Shown: piece by piece, positions 62,401 through 64,000 of the stretch
Layout of the letters: every line of letters starts with the position of its first letter
How positions within the stretch are numbered: the first letter of the stretch is position 1
From: Azolla caroliniana
Taxonomy: Eukaryota; Plantae; Polypodiophyta
NCBI GenBank assembly: GCA_043228905.1
Contig: JBHGNT010000013.1
Span: 3,224,001 to 3,288,000, forward strand
Direction of reading: 5' to 3'
DNA: 64,000 nucleotides
Translations under genes and position numbers: made by a program
The notes under the pieces: model-generated
What the model was told of the DNA's origin: nothing
The model's input: only the letters and a program-made list of their open reading frames with translations
The model's database searches: none

Positions 62401-64000
62401 CCCACACCTTCCGAGTCGAGTCGTCAATGAAACTGACGAAGTACGAGGCACTACCGAGTGACTGATGTGGCATCGGGCCACAGACGCCCGAGTGGACCAA
62501 ATCAAGCGGGCTCGACTCTCTTGGTGCTGATGTTGGGTGTGATGCGGCTACCTGTTTGCCGTACTGGCAATGCTCGCAAAACTTATGGTCCGAGAAGGAG
62601 AGTTTCGGGATGTATTCGGCTCTGGATAGGTGCGTGATGCCGGCCTTGCTGAGGTGTCCAAGTCATCCATGCCATAAGGATGACATAGGTATATCTACTA
62701 GAAATAAGTCACCCTCTCTGAGTGTGACATACAAAGGGTACAATGACTGTACCTTTGGTCCTCTAGCAAGCAGGAGGTTCCCTCTGTGGAGTGTCTACCC
62801 TCCTGAAGAGAAACCAACACGGATGCCAGCTTCATCAAGTTTTCCGACTGAGATCAAGGGTCGTGAGAGCTCAGGAACGTGTCAGACGTTGTGTAGTACG
62901 AGTGTAGAGCCACCCGGAAGGTTGAGCTCTACGGTGCCGATTCCGATGATAGCACAGTGCTGCGAATTTCCGACTCGAATTGAGTCGGAGTGCCGGTCCG
63001 AATATTGCCGAAACTGTGATCGGTGAGGTGTCACGTGATACGACGCAACTGAGTCCAGAAGCCATGTGCTCGATTCCTCAGTCGTAAGCAGAACTTCTGA
63101 TTCGACTGGATTCTCTATGGACAATATGTTCGGGTCGGTCGTCAATATCTCGGCTGAAGAGCTGACGTAGTTGACTTCCTCATGCCAGTTACTCCTCTGA
63201 TCAGCTCTCTGAGCTTTGTCTGTCTTTGACTTGAGTACCCGACAGTCGGCCTTGATGTGTCCCGGTTTCTTGCAGTAATTGCAAATTCGGGTTTCCCGGG
63301 ACTTGCTGCGGCTTCGCTGATTTGTCGGCGGTCGGGAAGAACTTCTTCCCCGGTTGTTCGATCGATCGGTCGAACCTTGTACTACATAGGCTTCTTCTGC
63401 CGAGTCTTTGGTGAAAGACTTTCTCCGAGCTGCTTCAGTCAGGATTGCACTTGTGACTTTGGAATACTTGATGGCAGTCGTAGAAGCGTTGCACACAGTT
63501 GTAACGAAGGTTTCCCAAGAGGAGGGGAGACTGCTCATGAGTATCATTGCTCTGAGTTCATCCTCGATTGTCGTCCCCTGTGACGAGATTTGGGAGCTCA
63601 AACTTTCGTACTTGTTAAGGTGTGCCTGAACCGAATCAGAGTCCTTCCTCCGCAAGTTGTAGAGGCGCCGGATCAAATACATCTTCGTTGAGGAGACCTT
63701 CTTTTCGTAGGTTTCCAACAACTTCTTCCAAAGTTCGAAGGCTGTCATGCACGATTGCACTGTGAAGTACACTGACTCCGACAGGTGCATCCGAATCGTG
63801 GCACGGATGATTCTGTCCAGCTTCTGCCACTCATTTGCCTTGTATATTTTTGGAGTAGTTTCATTCTCAATCGGATCGATCTGACCCTTGACTATAAGAT
63901 AGTCCTGCATTTGCTCCTTCCAAAAATTGAAGTTCGAACCATCGAACCTCCTTAGACTCATTTCCGATGAGCCGGATGTTGATGCCATCAGATTCGGTTT
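59470..64000 (-). mobile_element. Copia element: 3' LTR 59470-59788, PPT 59789-59797, gag-pol. The 5' LTR lies beyond the window.
   Basis: LTR TGTCGAA..CCCTACA on the minus strand, preceded by GGGGGAG. Confidence 0.9.
59983..63988 (-). pseudogene. Copia gag-pol with a few stops/frameshifts
   Basis: CNYCKKPGHIKADC, WLLDSVAS, RTDNGGEF, IYVDD, YTDSDF, ADGMT in ORFs 62882-63988, 61403-62500, 60664-61296 and 59983-60633. Confidence 0.92.

Overview
Eukaryotic, repeat-saturated window. It is most likely from a non-flowering land plant such as a fern; this is inferred only from the element types present. No ordinary host gene is recognisable. The window is a deep nest of LTR retrotransposons: one intact, young Ty1/copia (13942-19316), several decayed copia copies, a full-length chromovirus (2820-8444), two copies of a non-chromovirus Ty3/gypsy family with an extra ORF, and a 5'-truncated LINE. 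It also holds DNA transposons. The highlight is a 9.3-kb TIR transposon (22514-31817, 4-bp TSD TGAT, Sola-like DDD transposase). It carries a divergently transcribed six-exon gene that the ORF track shows only as fragments. That gene encodes a ParB/Srx-like domain fused to a prokaryote-type beta-class amino (N6-A/N4-C) DNA methyltransferase, and its first intron holds 11 phased palindromes. Other notable signals are a gypsy element with a tRNA-Arg-like 3' end (..CCA) where the polypurine tract should be, and a chromovirus with a self-priming PBS, a -1 frameshift signal and a tRNA-like cassette in its LTR. All family assignments come from motif recall; no database searches were run.
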